Program-made: the position numbers and the translations under genes | The notes under the pieces: generated by a model | The model's input: only the letters and a program-made list of their open reading frames with translations | Told to the model about the DNA's origin: nothing | The model's database searches: none | Shown: in pieces, positions 39,571-48,422 of the stretch | Position numbering within the stretch: the first letter of the stretch is position 1 | Layout: the number at the start of each line of letters is the position of its first letter | Assembly (NCBI GenBank): GCA_965203805.1 | Contig: OZ241917.1 | Span: 608,001 to 672,000, forward strand | Source: Candidatus Latescibacterota bacterium | Lineage (GTDB): Bacteria; Latescibacterota; UBA2968; GCA-2709665 | Length of the DNA: 64,000 nt | Direction of reading: 5' to 3'

Positions 39571-41100
39571 TTGGCCGAGGCCATCGAAAACGCGATTGCA
39601 GTGAATCTGGACGGCCTGCAATACATCTGGCCGGAGATCATCGTCACGTTCGCGATTATCGGCATTGTGACCGTCGATCTGGTCCTGACCGGAAAGAAGA
39701 AGGCAGTGTTGACGGGGCTTTCGCTCCTTGTGCTCGTGGTCTGCCTGTTTTCGATCGCGGGGTTGTACGACGAGGCGCCCAGGTCGCTGTTCATGGGCAT
39801 GATCGCACTGGATGGCTTCGCCCTGTTCTTCAAGCTGCTGATTGTGGTCACAACGATCGTGGTCACGCTGTTTGGACTGCAGTCGCGCGACATCGACGCC
39901 GATCGAATCGGTGAATTCTACGCGCTCTTTCTCTCTGTTGCGCTGGGCGGCTTTCTGATGGCCGGCGCCACAAATCTGCTGATGATGTATCTGGCGCTCG
40001 AACTGGTCAGTCTGCCGTCGTACGTGCTGGCCGGCTATCAGAAGCAGGTCCGGCGATCCAACGAGGCAGCGCTGAAATACGTGGTGTACGGCGGGGTGTC
40101 GTCCGGCATCATGCTATACGGATTCTCATTGATCTACGGATTGACGGGCACGCTGGACATCTATGGAATCGCGGCTCGACTGGGCACCACCGCGCCGTAT
40201 GAACTGACGCTGTTTCTCGGCGCGACGCTCGCGATGGCGGGGTTTGGGTACAAGGTGGCTTCGGTTCCATTTCATTTCTGGTGTCCGGACGTCTACGAGG
40301 GCGCGCCCACACCCGTGACGGCGTTTTTCTCGGTTGCGCCGAAGGCGGTCGGTTTCGCCATGCTGGCACGGTTCTTTTACGTGGGTCTGTCCGCTTACGA
40401 TGGCGCTTCCGGCACCGGCGCCGCGTTGGGCGTGGCCTGGCCGCAGTTGCTCGCCCTTATTTCCGCATTTACGATGACACTGGGCAATCTGACGGCCATC
40501 TGGCAGCGAAACCTGAAGAGACTGCTGGCGTACTCGAGTATCGCCCACGCGGGTTATATGATGATGGGCGTAGTGATGCTTTCGTCGGCAGGTCTGAAAG
40601 CCGTGATGTTTTACGCGGGCGCCTATCTGTTTATGAATCTCGGTGCGTTTCTGGTCGTTCTGCTGTTGGCCGAAAAAACCGGCAGCGAAGACATCGACGA
40701 TTACAGGGGGCTCGGCTGGCGGTCGCCCTGGATTGCGCTGACGATGTCCGCGTTTCTCTTTTCGCTCACGGGATTGCCGCCGACGGCGGGATTTGTTGGA
40801 AAGGTGTATCTGTTTGCCGCCGTGGTTGATGGCGGGCTCTATTGGTTGGCGGTGGTGGGGGCGCTGAACAGCGCCGTTTCCCTGTATTATTATGCAAGGG
40901 TCGTGCGCGCCATGTACCTGGAGAAGCCTCTTTCCGACACGCCGGTTGTGATATCTCCGTTCGCCACGGGGACCCTGGCGGTATTATTTGTCGGTACGCT
41001 TCTGTTCGGTGTGTACTGGGCGCCGCTGGCCGACTTGGCCGAAACGTCTACGGCGATCTTTCTGAACGGTAGTGACGCAGTGCAGGCGATGGTCCGGTAA
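39571..41100 (+). CDS. nuoN: NADH-quinone oxidoreductase subunit N
   Basis: EAALKY, VPFHFWCPDVYEGAPTP, LAYSSIAHAGY; TTG start with GGAGG RBS. Confidence 0.95.
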   Translation: MAEAIENAIAVNLDGLQYIWPEIIVTFAIIGIVTVDLVLTGKKKAVLTGLSLLVLVVCLFSIAGLYDEAPRSLFMGMIALDGFALFFKLLIVVTTIVVTLFGLQSRDIDADRIGEFYALFLSVALGGFLMAGATNLLMMYLALELVSLPSYVLAGYQKQVRRSNEAALKYVVYGGVSSGIMLYGFSLIYGLTGTLDIYGIAARLGTTAPYELTLFLGATLAMAGFGYKVASVPFHFWCPDVYEGAPTPVTAFFSVAPKAVGFAMLARFFYVGLSAYDGASGTGAALGVAWPQLLALISAFTMTLGNLTAIWQRNLKRLLAYSSIAHAGYMMMGVVMLSSAGLKAVMFYAGAYLFMNLGAFLVVLLLAEKTGSEDIDDYRGLGWRSPWIALTMSAFLFSLTGLPPTAGFVGKVYLFAAVVDGGLYWLAVVGALNSAVSLYYYARVVRAMYLEKPLSDTPVVISPFATGTLAVLFVGTLLFGVYWAPLADLAETSTAIFLNGSDAVQAMVR

Positions 41101-41186
41101 GCGCGCGGCACTGGCGGTCCATACCACTGCGCGCAGCATCTCTTGAGACCCCGAAAGGCAGATGCCTTTACAGATCTGGCAAACTG

Positions 41187-41220
41187 AAGGCCCCGCGATA
41201 TTGTCTCGCGGGGCCTTTTT
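41187..41220 (+). terminator. Rho-independent terminator of the nuo operon
   Basis: AAGGCCCCGCGA-loop-TCGCGGGGCCTT followed by a T run. Confidence 0.8.
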
Positions 41221-41227
41221 CTGAACT

Positions 41228-41543
41228 GGTGTCATGTCCCAAAACACCTCACCATTCGGCCGCCTGCCTGCGCAGTGCCCTGCCTGCCTGTGCGTGTACG
41301 CACGCCTGCCTGCGCAGTGCCCTGCGCAGTGCCCTGCGCTGCAGGCAGGCAGACAGGCGCTGCAGGCAGGCCGATTCATCCCGTCGCTCGACGTTGCTTG
41401 TGCTGGGCTTGTCGCAGTGCCATCGCTCGCCGACCTTGCCCACGTCGCCTGTGCTCTGGCGCCGGGTCCGGAGCCTCTCGAAGGATGCGAGCCAGGCGAC
41501 TCGACGGCCGAATTCAGGCAACTAATTTCCGGGACAGAATACT
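41228..41543 (-). mobile_element. MITE-like repeat family 1, copy B (inverted, with internal expansion)
   Basis: Reverse complement matches copy C over about 110 nt and at the GAATGGTGAGGT.TTTTGGGAC end. Confidence 0.75.
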
Positions 41544-41555
41544 GGGATACACTGT

Positions 41556-41981
41556 CTATCCCCAGGCTTTTCCGCTTGCGCTTCTCTTTTTCTTCTTCAG
41601 ATCGCTTTTCTCGACCAGAAAACCGAGCAGATTCTTGCGTCCGAGGGTTCTGAGATAGGTCAATAGTGAGATTTCGGCTTCCTTTGCGTTGAGCTTGTGG
41701 GTTTCGCACAATTGCTTAATCATCGAAGCCACCGACGTGCGTCCGTTGCACATTTTCCAGACCTGAGAGCCAATCTCATCCAGCACCAGCGTCCGTTTCT
41801 CAGGCACCCAGAAGATCTTGGAAAGGATCTTCACTTTCGTGGTATCCGCACGCTTTAACGTGATCGTGACTTCGTCGTCCTTGTTCGTCTTCCACTCCAG
41901 CCGGTCGTTCCGGGTGGGTTTGGAGTTGAACATCGCCTCCCGGCTGATCTTGGGCTGTTTTTTCGATGAGAACAGGGACAT
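41556..41981 (-). CDS. Stand-alone PqqD-family (RRE-like) protein
   Basis: LDEIGSQVWKMCNGRTSVASMIKQL...LLTYLRTL.RKNLL winged-helix pattern. Confidence 0.75.
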   Translation of the reverse strand: MSLFSSKKQPKISREAMFNSKPTRNDRLEWKTNKDDEVTITLKRADTTKVKILSKIFWVPEKRTLVLDEIGSQVWKMCNGRTSVASMIKQLCETHKLNAKEAEISLLTYLRTLGRKNLLGFLVEKSDLKKKKRSASGKAWG

Positions 41982-42029
41982 TCGTATTCCTCTGGTCCGG
42001 AGATGCCAAAGGGACGCGCCCCGGGCGCT

Positions 42030-42989
42030 TCATTCCGAGGGGACGGACTCCCGGTGGCAGATAACGGCGCGCCGGGCATTCTCGATGTCCGGCACATCCT
42101 TGCGTTTCTTGTAGTAGGTGTGTACCGCATAAATCTTGTTGACCTGTCTGCAGGTCCAGACGCGGGCCTCCATGTTCAGGCGCGGTCGCACATTCCAGAA
42201 CGGCAGCGGCATCAGCAGACCCCGCCAGCGGCTTTTCGGTTTTCCACGTAGGCTCAGACCAAAATGGTCTCCAAAGTTGGTCTCACTCGCGTCCAGATTG
42301 ACGTGGCGCAGGTTCTTGCGGAAGAACTCCTGGTACCAGTCGAGAAGGGTCCGATTCTTCAGGAGCATTTCGGCAAGGCTGAGCCGGTCGAACTGAAGGA
42401 TACTCTGGCCTTTCTGGAAACAGAGGCGAAGGTGTCCGGACTTGAGGTCGTAGGTTTCCAGAGAGAACTGCGGAGGCGACGAACAGACGAGATCGTAAAG
42501 CGCCCACGTTCGGTCGCAGTCGGGTGCGGTATCCCGGACGGAGTTAAAAATTCGCCTGATATTGTCTACTGCGTCTTCTTCCAGCTTCGTCCTGATCTTA
42601 ATCAGGAAAAGCCGATCCGACAACATGCTGTAGAAAGCCAGCGCATGGATTCGGTACTCGGCCTGCCAGGCGAAAACAACTGGCGTAACCGCATCGGGCA
42701 ATTCCAGCCATCCCGCATCGGGAGTGCGTTCGACGTCGAGTTTCTTTTTCTCCTTGCGGGCACTCTGGGAGAGTCCATCCACAAAGCGGTCGACGAGTGA
42801 CGCGACCCTCTGGTCGCCGCGGGCGTCCTTCCACTCGATCTCCAGCCTCGCAAGCGTCGGATCGTCGAGGCGGACGCTGCCGGCCTTGAAATCGCCCGAT
42901 ATCTTGCCGGGATTCCACTCCAGCGGGACCTCGACTGTCAGCCCGTGCCATCCGAACAGAGACCAGTCTGAATAACGCAAAGACTTCAA
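42030..42989 (-). CDS. Hypothetical protein (two repeated W.[LG]..L...P..[WF] modules), co-transcribed with the PqqD-like gene
   Basis: Long ORF; TTG start with GAGG RBS (ORF track extends to 43055). Confidence 0.65.
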   Translation of the reverse strand: MKSLRYSDWSLFGWHGLTVEVPLEWNPGKISGDFKAGSVRLDDPTLARLEIEWKDARGDQRVASLVDRFVDGLSQSARKEKKKLDVERTPDAGWLELPDAVTPVVFAWQAEYRIHALAFYSMLSDRLFLIKIRTKLEEDAVDNIRRIFNSVRDTAPDCDRTWALYDLVCSSPPQFSLETYDLKSGHLRLCFQKGQSILQFDRLSLAEMLLKNRTLLDWYQEFFRKNLRHVNLDASETNFGDHFGLSLRGKPKSRWRGLLMPLPFWNVRPRLNMEARVWTCRQVNKIYAVHTYYKKRKDVPDIENARRAVICHRESVPSE

Positions 42990-43220
42990 GGGGCGCCACC
43001 CTCGGACGAAAGATTCCGGAATATCGGATGGATAAATATACGTTCCCCGGCACACCTGTCAAGAACTTTATGTTTTAACTAAGTATAGGTTTTGCAATGA
43101 CTTGTATTGAGTCTTCGAGCCGGGATAGCGTGGATTTCAGTTTTCGCGCCTGTTTGTATTCGATCATATATCGGGCAGTTCCCCGGATGCGGCAACCTGC
43201 CGTGCTTCGTAAAACAGTGG

Positions 43221-43249
43221 TTGACGAATGAACTAATGTTCACTATATT
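43221..43249 (+). promoter_or_regulatory. lexA sigma70 promoter with an SOS box (TGAAC-TAAT-GTTCA, 43229-43242) in the spacer
   Basis: TTGACG-N17-TATATT enclosing a perfect GAAC-N4-GTTC palindrome. Confidence 0.75.
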
Positions 43250-43348
43250 CAAATGAGCAGTGCGCGCAATGGTGGTCACTTGCAGATCGGGCGGGACCGG
43301 TTCCTGGCGAACCCTCCCGTATGGCGTTGGTTATTGAGGAGATGTGTG

Positions 43349-43978
43349 ATGCGTCAGAAGCTAACGGACAGGCAGAGAGAGATTTACGAATTTATCGCCC
43401 GGACGATACGGGACGGCGGCGCTCCTCCGACAATTCGCGAGACCATGGATGCGTTCAACATCGCTTCCACCAACGGCGTAAGAACCACGCTGGCCGCACT
43501 CGAAAAAAAGGGCTACATCAGCAGGCGCCCTATGGTGTCCCGAGGTATCGAACTTAAGGACTACGTCGAACGCGAATACCTAGGGGAATCCACGTCGCGA
43601 GAGGTGCCGGTCATCGGGCGCGTGGCTGCCGGGGAGCCCATTCTGGCAACCGAAAATGTGGAGAGTACGGTGGCTGTGGATCGTTCCTTTCTGCCGTCTG
43701 CAGATGTTTTCGTCCTTCGGGTCAAGGGTGAGAGCATGCGGGATGCAGGGATTCTGGATGGAGACTACGTTGTGGCGCGTCATCAGGATACGGCGAATCC
43801 GGGTGAAATTGTCGTGGCGGTGATCGGGGAGGAGGCGACCGTGAAGCGGTACTTCCCCGAAGCCGGCCGGGTACGGCTCATCCCGGAAAACGAGGCGTTC
43901 GAAACCATTGAGGTGCGACCGGGCCGGGATGACTTCCGCATTGCGGGCAAGATTGTGGGCCTGATGCGTCGATTCTGA
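43349..43978 (+). CDS. lexA: LexA repressor
   Basis: LTDRQREI, PPTIRE, Ala-Gly cleavage site VAAGEP, catalytic GESM and ATVKR. Confidence 0.96.
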   Translation: MRQKLTDRQREIYEFIARTIRDGGAPPTIRETMDAFNIASTNGVRTTLAALEKKGYISRRPMVSRGIELKDYVEREYLGESTSREVPVIGRVAAGEPILATENVESTVAVDRSFLPSADVFVLRVKGESMRDAGILDGDYVVARHQDTANPGEIVVAVIGEEATVKRYFPEAGRVRLIPENEAFETIEVRPGRDDFRIAGKIVGLMRRF

Positions 43979-44063
43979 GGCAACGCAGCGATGGCCCAGG
44001 CGGCATGCCCCCTTGTTTTTCGAGGGGGTTATTTTTGCGTCTCCGCGGCCCGTGGATCCCGAT

Positions 44064-45176
44064 TCAAACCAGCTTCCGAACAAACCGTTTGCCCGGGAGC
44101 TGCTCCGCAAAGCCGGCCAGTTCCAGGGAGAGCAATGCCGTCAGCGTGTCTGAGGCCGGCATTTCCGTCCGGTCGGCAATGGCATCGATGTGGGCGGGCA
44201 CGTCGACCGAAAGGCACTCTAAAGCCAGACGTTCCGGCTTCGGAAGATTCGCGGGTTCGCCTGCAGGGGGTTCTCGGGTGTATCGCGGCCGGAGTCGTGT
44301 CAGGTGGGGACGGAGTTCATCCAGTATGTCCTCCACCGATTGTACGAGAACGGCGCCCTGCCTGATAAGCCGGTTTGTGCCGCGGCTTCGGCCTGAATGA
44401 ACGGGACCCGGAATGGCGAAGACCTCTCGATTCTGTTCCAGGGCCAGCCGGGCGGTAATCAACGCGCCACTGCGTTCACCCGCTTCGATAACCACGACGC
44501 CGAGGCTGAGTCCACTTATGATCCTGTTACGGCGAGGAAAGTTGTGGGCTTCTGCGGACGCGCCCATCGGGAATTCGGAAATTGCGGCGCCGTTTTCGCT
44601 CACGACCTGCAAAAGATCCTTGTTCTGCGGCGGATACGGCCTGTCCAGCCCGCTTCCCAATACGGCGACGGTGTATCCACGTGCGGCAAGTGCTCCCCTG
44701 TGCGCGTGTGTATCGATTCCGGTGGCCAGTCCGCTGACCACGGTAATCCCGTGGCGTACCAGTTCTCCGGAGATCTGAAAGGCAGTATCCCGTCCATAGG
44801 AAGTGAATGACCGGGAGCCGACGACCGCGACGGAAGGAAGCGCACAGACGTCGATGGTTCCAAGCACATAGAGAATGGGCGGCGGCGCATAGGCCTGACT
44901 AAGATAACCGGGATAGTCAGGGCTCTGTAGAGTCAGAAGGTGAACCCCTGTATCTTCGGCGCGTCGAAGCTGTTCTTCCGCCCAGGACGGGTCGCGTTCC
45001 GTGCGGATGGCCCCGGCGAGTTCGGGGCCGATGCCAGGCACGGAGCACAAGTGTGCGCAGGTAGCCCTCAAGACCTCTCGCGGTGTGCAAAACTGACGCA
45101 GCAACGCGGAGAATGCGACAGGCCCCAGTCCGGACACAGAGTGAAGCGTCAACCAGTCTAGGATATCTTTGGACAT
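44064..45176 (-). CDS. dprA: DNA-processing protein DprA
   Basis: VVGSR, VSGLATGID, FPRRNRIISGL, SGALITA, C-terminal wHTH. Confidence 0.95.
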   Translation of the reverse strand: MSKDILDWLTLHSVSGLGPVAFSALLRQFCTPREVLRATCAHLCSVPGIGPELAGAIRTERDPSWAEEQLRRAEDTGVHLLTLQSPDYPGYLSQAYAPPPILYVLGTIDVCALPSVAVVGSRSFTSYGRDTAFQISGELVRHGITVVSGLATGIDTHAHRGALAARGYTVAVLGSGLDRPYPPQNKDLLQVVSENGAAISEFPMGASAEAHNFPRRNRIISGLSLGVVVIEAGERSGALITARLALEQNREVFAIPGPVHSGRSRGTNRLIRQGAVLVQSVEDILDELRPHLTRLRPRYTREPPAGEPANLPKPERLALECLSVDVPAHIDAIADRTEMPASDTLTALLSLELAGFAEQLPGKRFVRKLV

Positions 45177-45255
45177 CTTCTCAGGGAATACCGGTTCGCT
45201 GCAACCAGCGGTGGCCACCCGGGCGAGGTGTATGACGGGTTCGATCTACCTGAAG

Positions 45256-45270
45256 GCAATAGGCGTGCCA
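45256..45270 (-). promoter_or_regulatory. Putative sigma54 (-24/-12) promoter upstream of dprA
   Basis: TGGCACGCCTATTGC matches TGGCACG-N4-TTGC, 80 nt upstream of the dprA ATG. Confidence 0.6.
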
Positions 45271-45419
45271 AAAGAAAAACACGCTATTGCGGCGGAAAAC
45301 GCGTGGAAGGGTGAAAGTGGCTTTCAGAACCTGGTGCCGGCTTCGAAAGAATCGTGCAGGAAGGATATTACGGGGAAGGTGAGCGTCTGCGCTATCCGGC
45401 GGGGATTGCCAGCGAGTGA

Positions 45420-46478
<1,059 letters not shown>

Positions 46479-46555
46479 TTACGTCTCCGTCTCCGGGATG
46501 GATGTCGCATGCCGGCGCGGCTTTCCTGCAAACCGTCATGTGCTGAAAGGAGCGC

Positions 46556-47032
46556 TTACGCGAACTTCCCTTTCAGTCGGTCTTCGACCGCAGGCGGCAC
46601 AAATGCCGTCACGTCACCGTCAAATCGCGCGATTTCACGCACAAGCGTGGAATTCAGATACGCATAGTCCAGGCTGGGCATCAGAAAGAGGACCTCCAAT
46701 TGAGGTTCCATCCGGCGGTTGGCAACCGCCATCGCGATTTCCAGCTCATATTCGGTGGTCGTACGAAGACTGCGCACGACGGTGAAAACGCTACATTTCC
46801 TGGCAAAGTCTACGAGCAGTCCGCTGTATTTCATGACTTCCACATTGGGACAGTGGGATGAAACCTCCTGTATCATGCTTACCCGTTCGTCAGGCGAAAA
46901 CAGCGGTTGCTTCTCAGGATTAATGCCCACGGCGACGATCAGCCGGCTGCAGAGTTTCGCCGTTCGTTCGATCAGGTCCAGATGACCGTATGTTACCGGA
47001 TCGAAGGTGCCAGGATAGATCGCCGCGTTCAT
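46556..47032 (-). CDS. coaD: Pantetheine-phosphate adenylyltransferase
   Basis: AIYPGTFDPVTYGHLD, STLVREIA. Confidence 0.95.
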   Translation of the reverse strand: MNAAIYPGTFDPVTYGHLDLIERTAKLCSRLIVAVGINPEKQPLFSPDERVSMIQEVSSHCPNVEVMKYSGLLVDFARKCSVFTVVRSLRTTTEYELEIAMAVANRRMEPQLEVLFLMPSLDYAYLNSTLVREIARFDGDVTAFVPPAVEDRLKGKFA

Positions 47033-47988
47033 GATTTCTCCTCTTCGAGTGCCATGTGAGCCAATCCGCCTGGAATGCTGAATGCAGATTGGCTCACCAG
47101 AAAATGGCGCTGCGGGTCTGGGAGCGTCTCTGTCGTGCATTTCGAAAAAGGCGCGAGGGTCTCGAGTTTCGGTACCTGCTTCGCCTCAAGATGACGCGAA
47201 AGGGTCGCGATCTGGGCATTCTCGCCACACAACAATACCCGACGATATCCGCCGGACCGGCGTCGGTGCGCCTGGGGGTCTCCACCGAGCCAACGACGTA
47301 TCGTGGCTTCGGTTTTTTCCGCGAACGTTTTATCGTGCGTATGCGTCCCTGCCAACCCGTTATCCTCGTCGGGACGCTCCATGAAGGCAGCCTCGGCTGC
47401 AATCAGGAAATTGGATTCCGCCGCCACAAAATAAATCCAGGGTTGTACAACCATAATACCTGCGATCCGGGACCCGATCCCGTTCTCCGCTAAACGACAG
47501 GCGTGATACAGACCCATGGGCTCGGCTTCCAGCCGAAACTGGTCCACACCAAGGGACACCAGTAATTCAGACCAGAATTCGAAGACCTCCTTGCGGACGG
47601 CAAACCAGTATGCTGTTCGTCCGGAGGCGACGTAATCCACGACGTACCGGTCGATGGGGTCGACCAGAGTCTGCGCTGCCTCCCAGGCGATGTGTTCCAG
47701 TCTGTCGCCGGCAGAAGCCTGTTCCAGCGGTGTTTTCTGCAAATGGAAGAAGCCCCCTCCGGGAGAAATCAGAACGGACCCCGTCGCGTCCTTGACCTCA
47801 TCGAATCCTCGCCGCAGACTCTCACCGATGCATTGCCGGACCTGGGCGGGAACAGGCCACCGGGGAAGCAGGGGCGACGTCAGCCTCGATTCGAAAAGGG
47901 TGCAGAGGCGGTATCCCGCGCGCGTCCGCTCCAGACTCGCCATCCGAAGCAAACCCCCCGAAATTTGAATTCCTGTTGCCCGGTTCAA
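47029..47988 (-). CDS. Hypothetical protein, possibly PilM/actin-like fold
   Basis: GIQISGGLLRM N-terminus, IAWEAAQTL, VLLCG and GLA near the C-terminus; overlaps both neighbours. Confidence 0.5.
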   Translation of the reverse strand: MNRATGIQISGGLLRMASLERTRAGYRLCTLFESRLTSPLLPRWPVPAQVRQCIGESLRRGFDEVKDATGSVLISPGGGFFHLQKTPLEQASAGDRLEHIAWEAAQTLVDPIDRYVVDYVASGRTAYWFAVRKEVFEFWSELLVSLGVDQFRLEAEPMGLYHACRLAENGIGSRIAGIMVVQPWIYFVAAESNFLIAAEAAFMERPDEDNGLAGTHTHDKTFAEKTEATIRRWLGGDPQAHRRRSGGYRRVLLCGENAQIATLSRHLEAKQVPKLETLAPFSKCTTETLPDPQRHFLVSQSAFSIPGGLAHMALEEEKS

Positions 47989-48389
47989 GGGGTGCTCACC
48001 GTAATTTTCGAACCCAGTCTCTCCACGGTTTTTCTGCCAATCCCCTTTATCCGCGTCAGATCGTCCACGGATTTAAACGGCCCGCGCTGATTGCGGTCGT
48101 CCACAATTCGGCGCGCGGTTTTGGGACCGATCCCCCGCAGCCGGGTCAGTTGTCCGGCTGAAGCCCGATTCAGATCGATCGGGCCGCTGTCCTGCTTCAC
48201 AATCTCGGCCTTGTGCCGGCTTTCGGGAACGGGTACCGCACCCTTTTGGACGTGAAAGTCCGGAATGTCGCGGTCTCCATAGCGCTCTACCAGATTGACT
48301 GCCCCGCCGATCAGCAACGCGGCCGCCAGACCCAGCAACACAACCCGTTCTTTCCGATTGAAGGAAAACATAGAGACTCCGGTATCCAT
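47985..48389 (-). CDS. comEA: ComEA family helix-hairpin-helix DNA-binding protein
   Basis: N-terminal TM; IDLNRAS..L..L.GIGPKTA.RIV..R...GPF.SVDDL..IKGIG. Confidence 0.92.
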   Translation of the reverse strand: MDTGVSMFSFNRKERVVLLGLAAALLIGGAVNLVERYGDRDIPDFHVQKGAVPVPESRHKAEIVKQDSGPIDLNRASAGQLTRLRGIGPKTARRIVDDRNQRGPFKSVDDLTRIKGIGRKTVERLGSKITVSTP

Positions 48390-48422
48390 CTTGGGATGAA
48401 ATTGAACTGATGGCGGATGACC

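Noticed and set aside
41262-41372. Possible CRISPR array
   Set aside because: Units are about 12 nt with no unique spacers, and there are no cas genes.
41229-41709. Cys-rich repetitive ORFs (PAQC repeats) as RiPP precursors for the PqqD-like protein
   Set aside because: They are translations of MITE copy B and its internal repeats, open in several frames, with no clear RBS.
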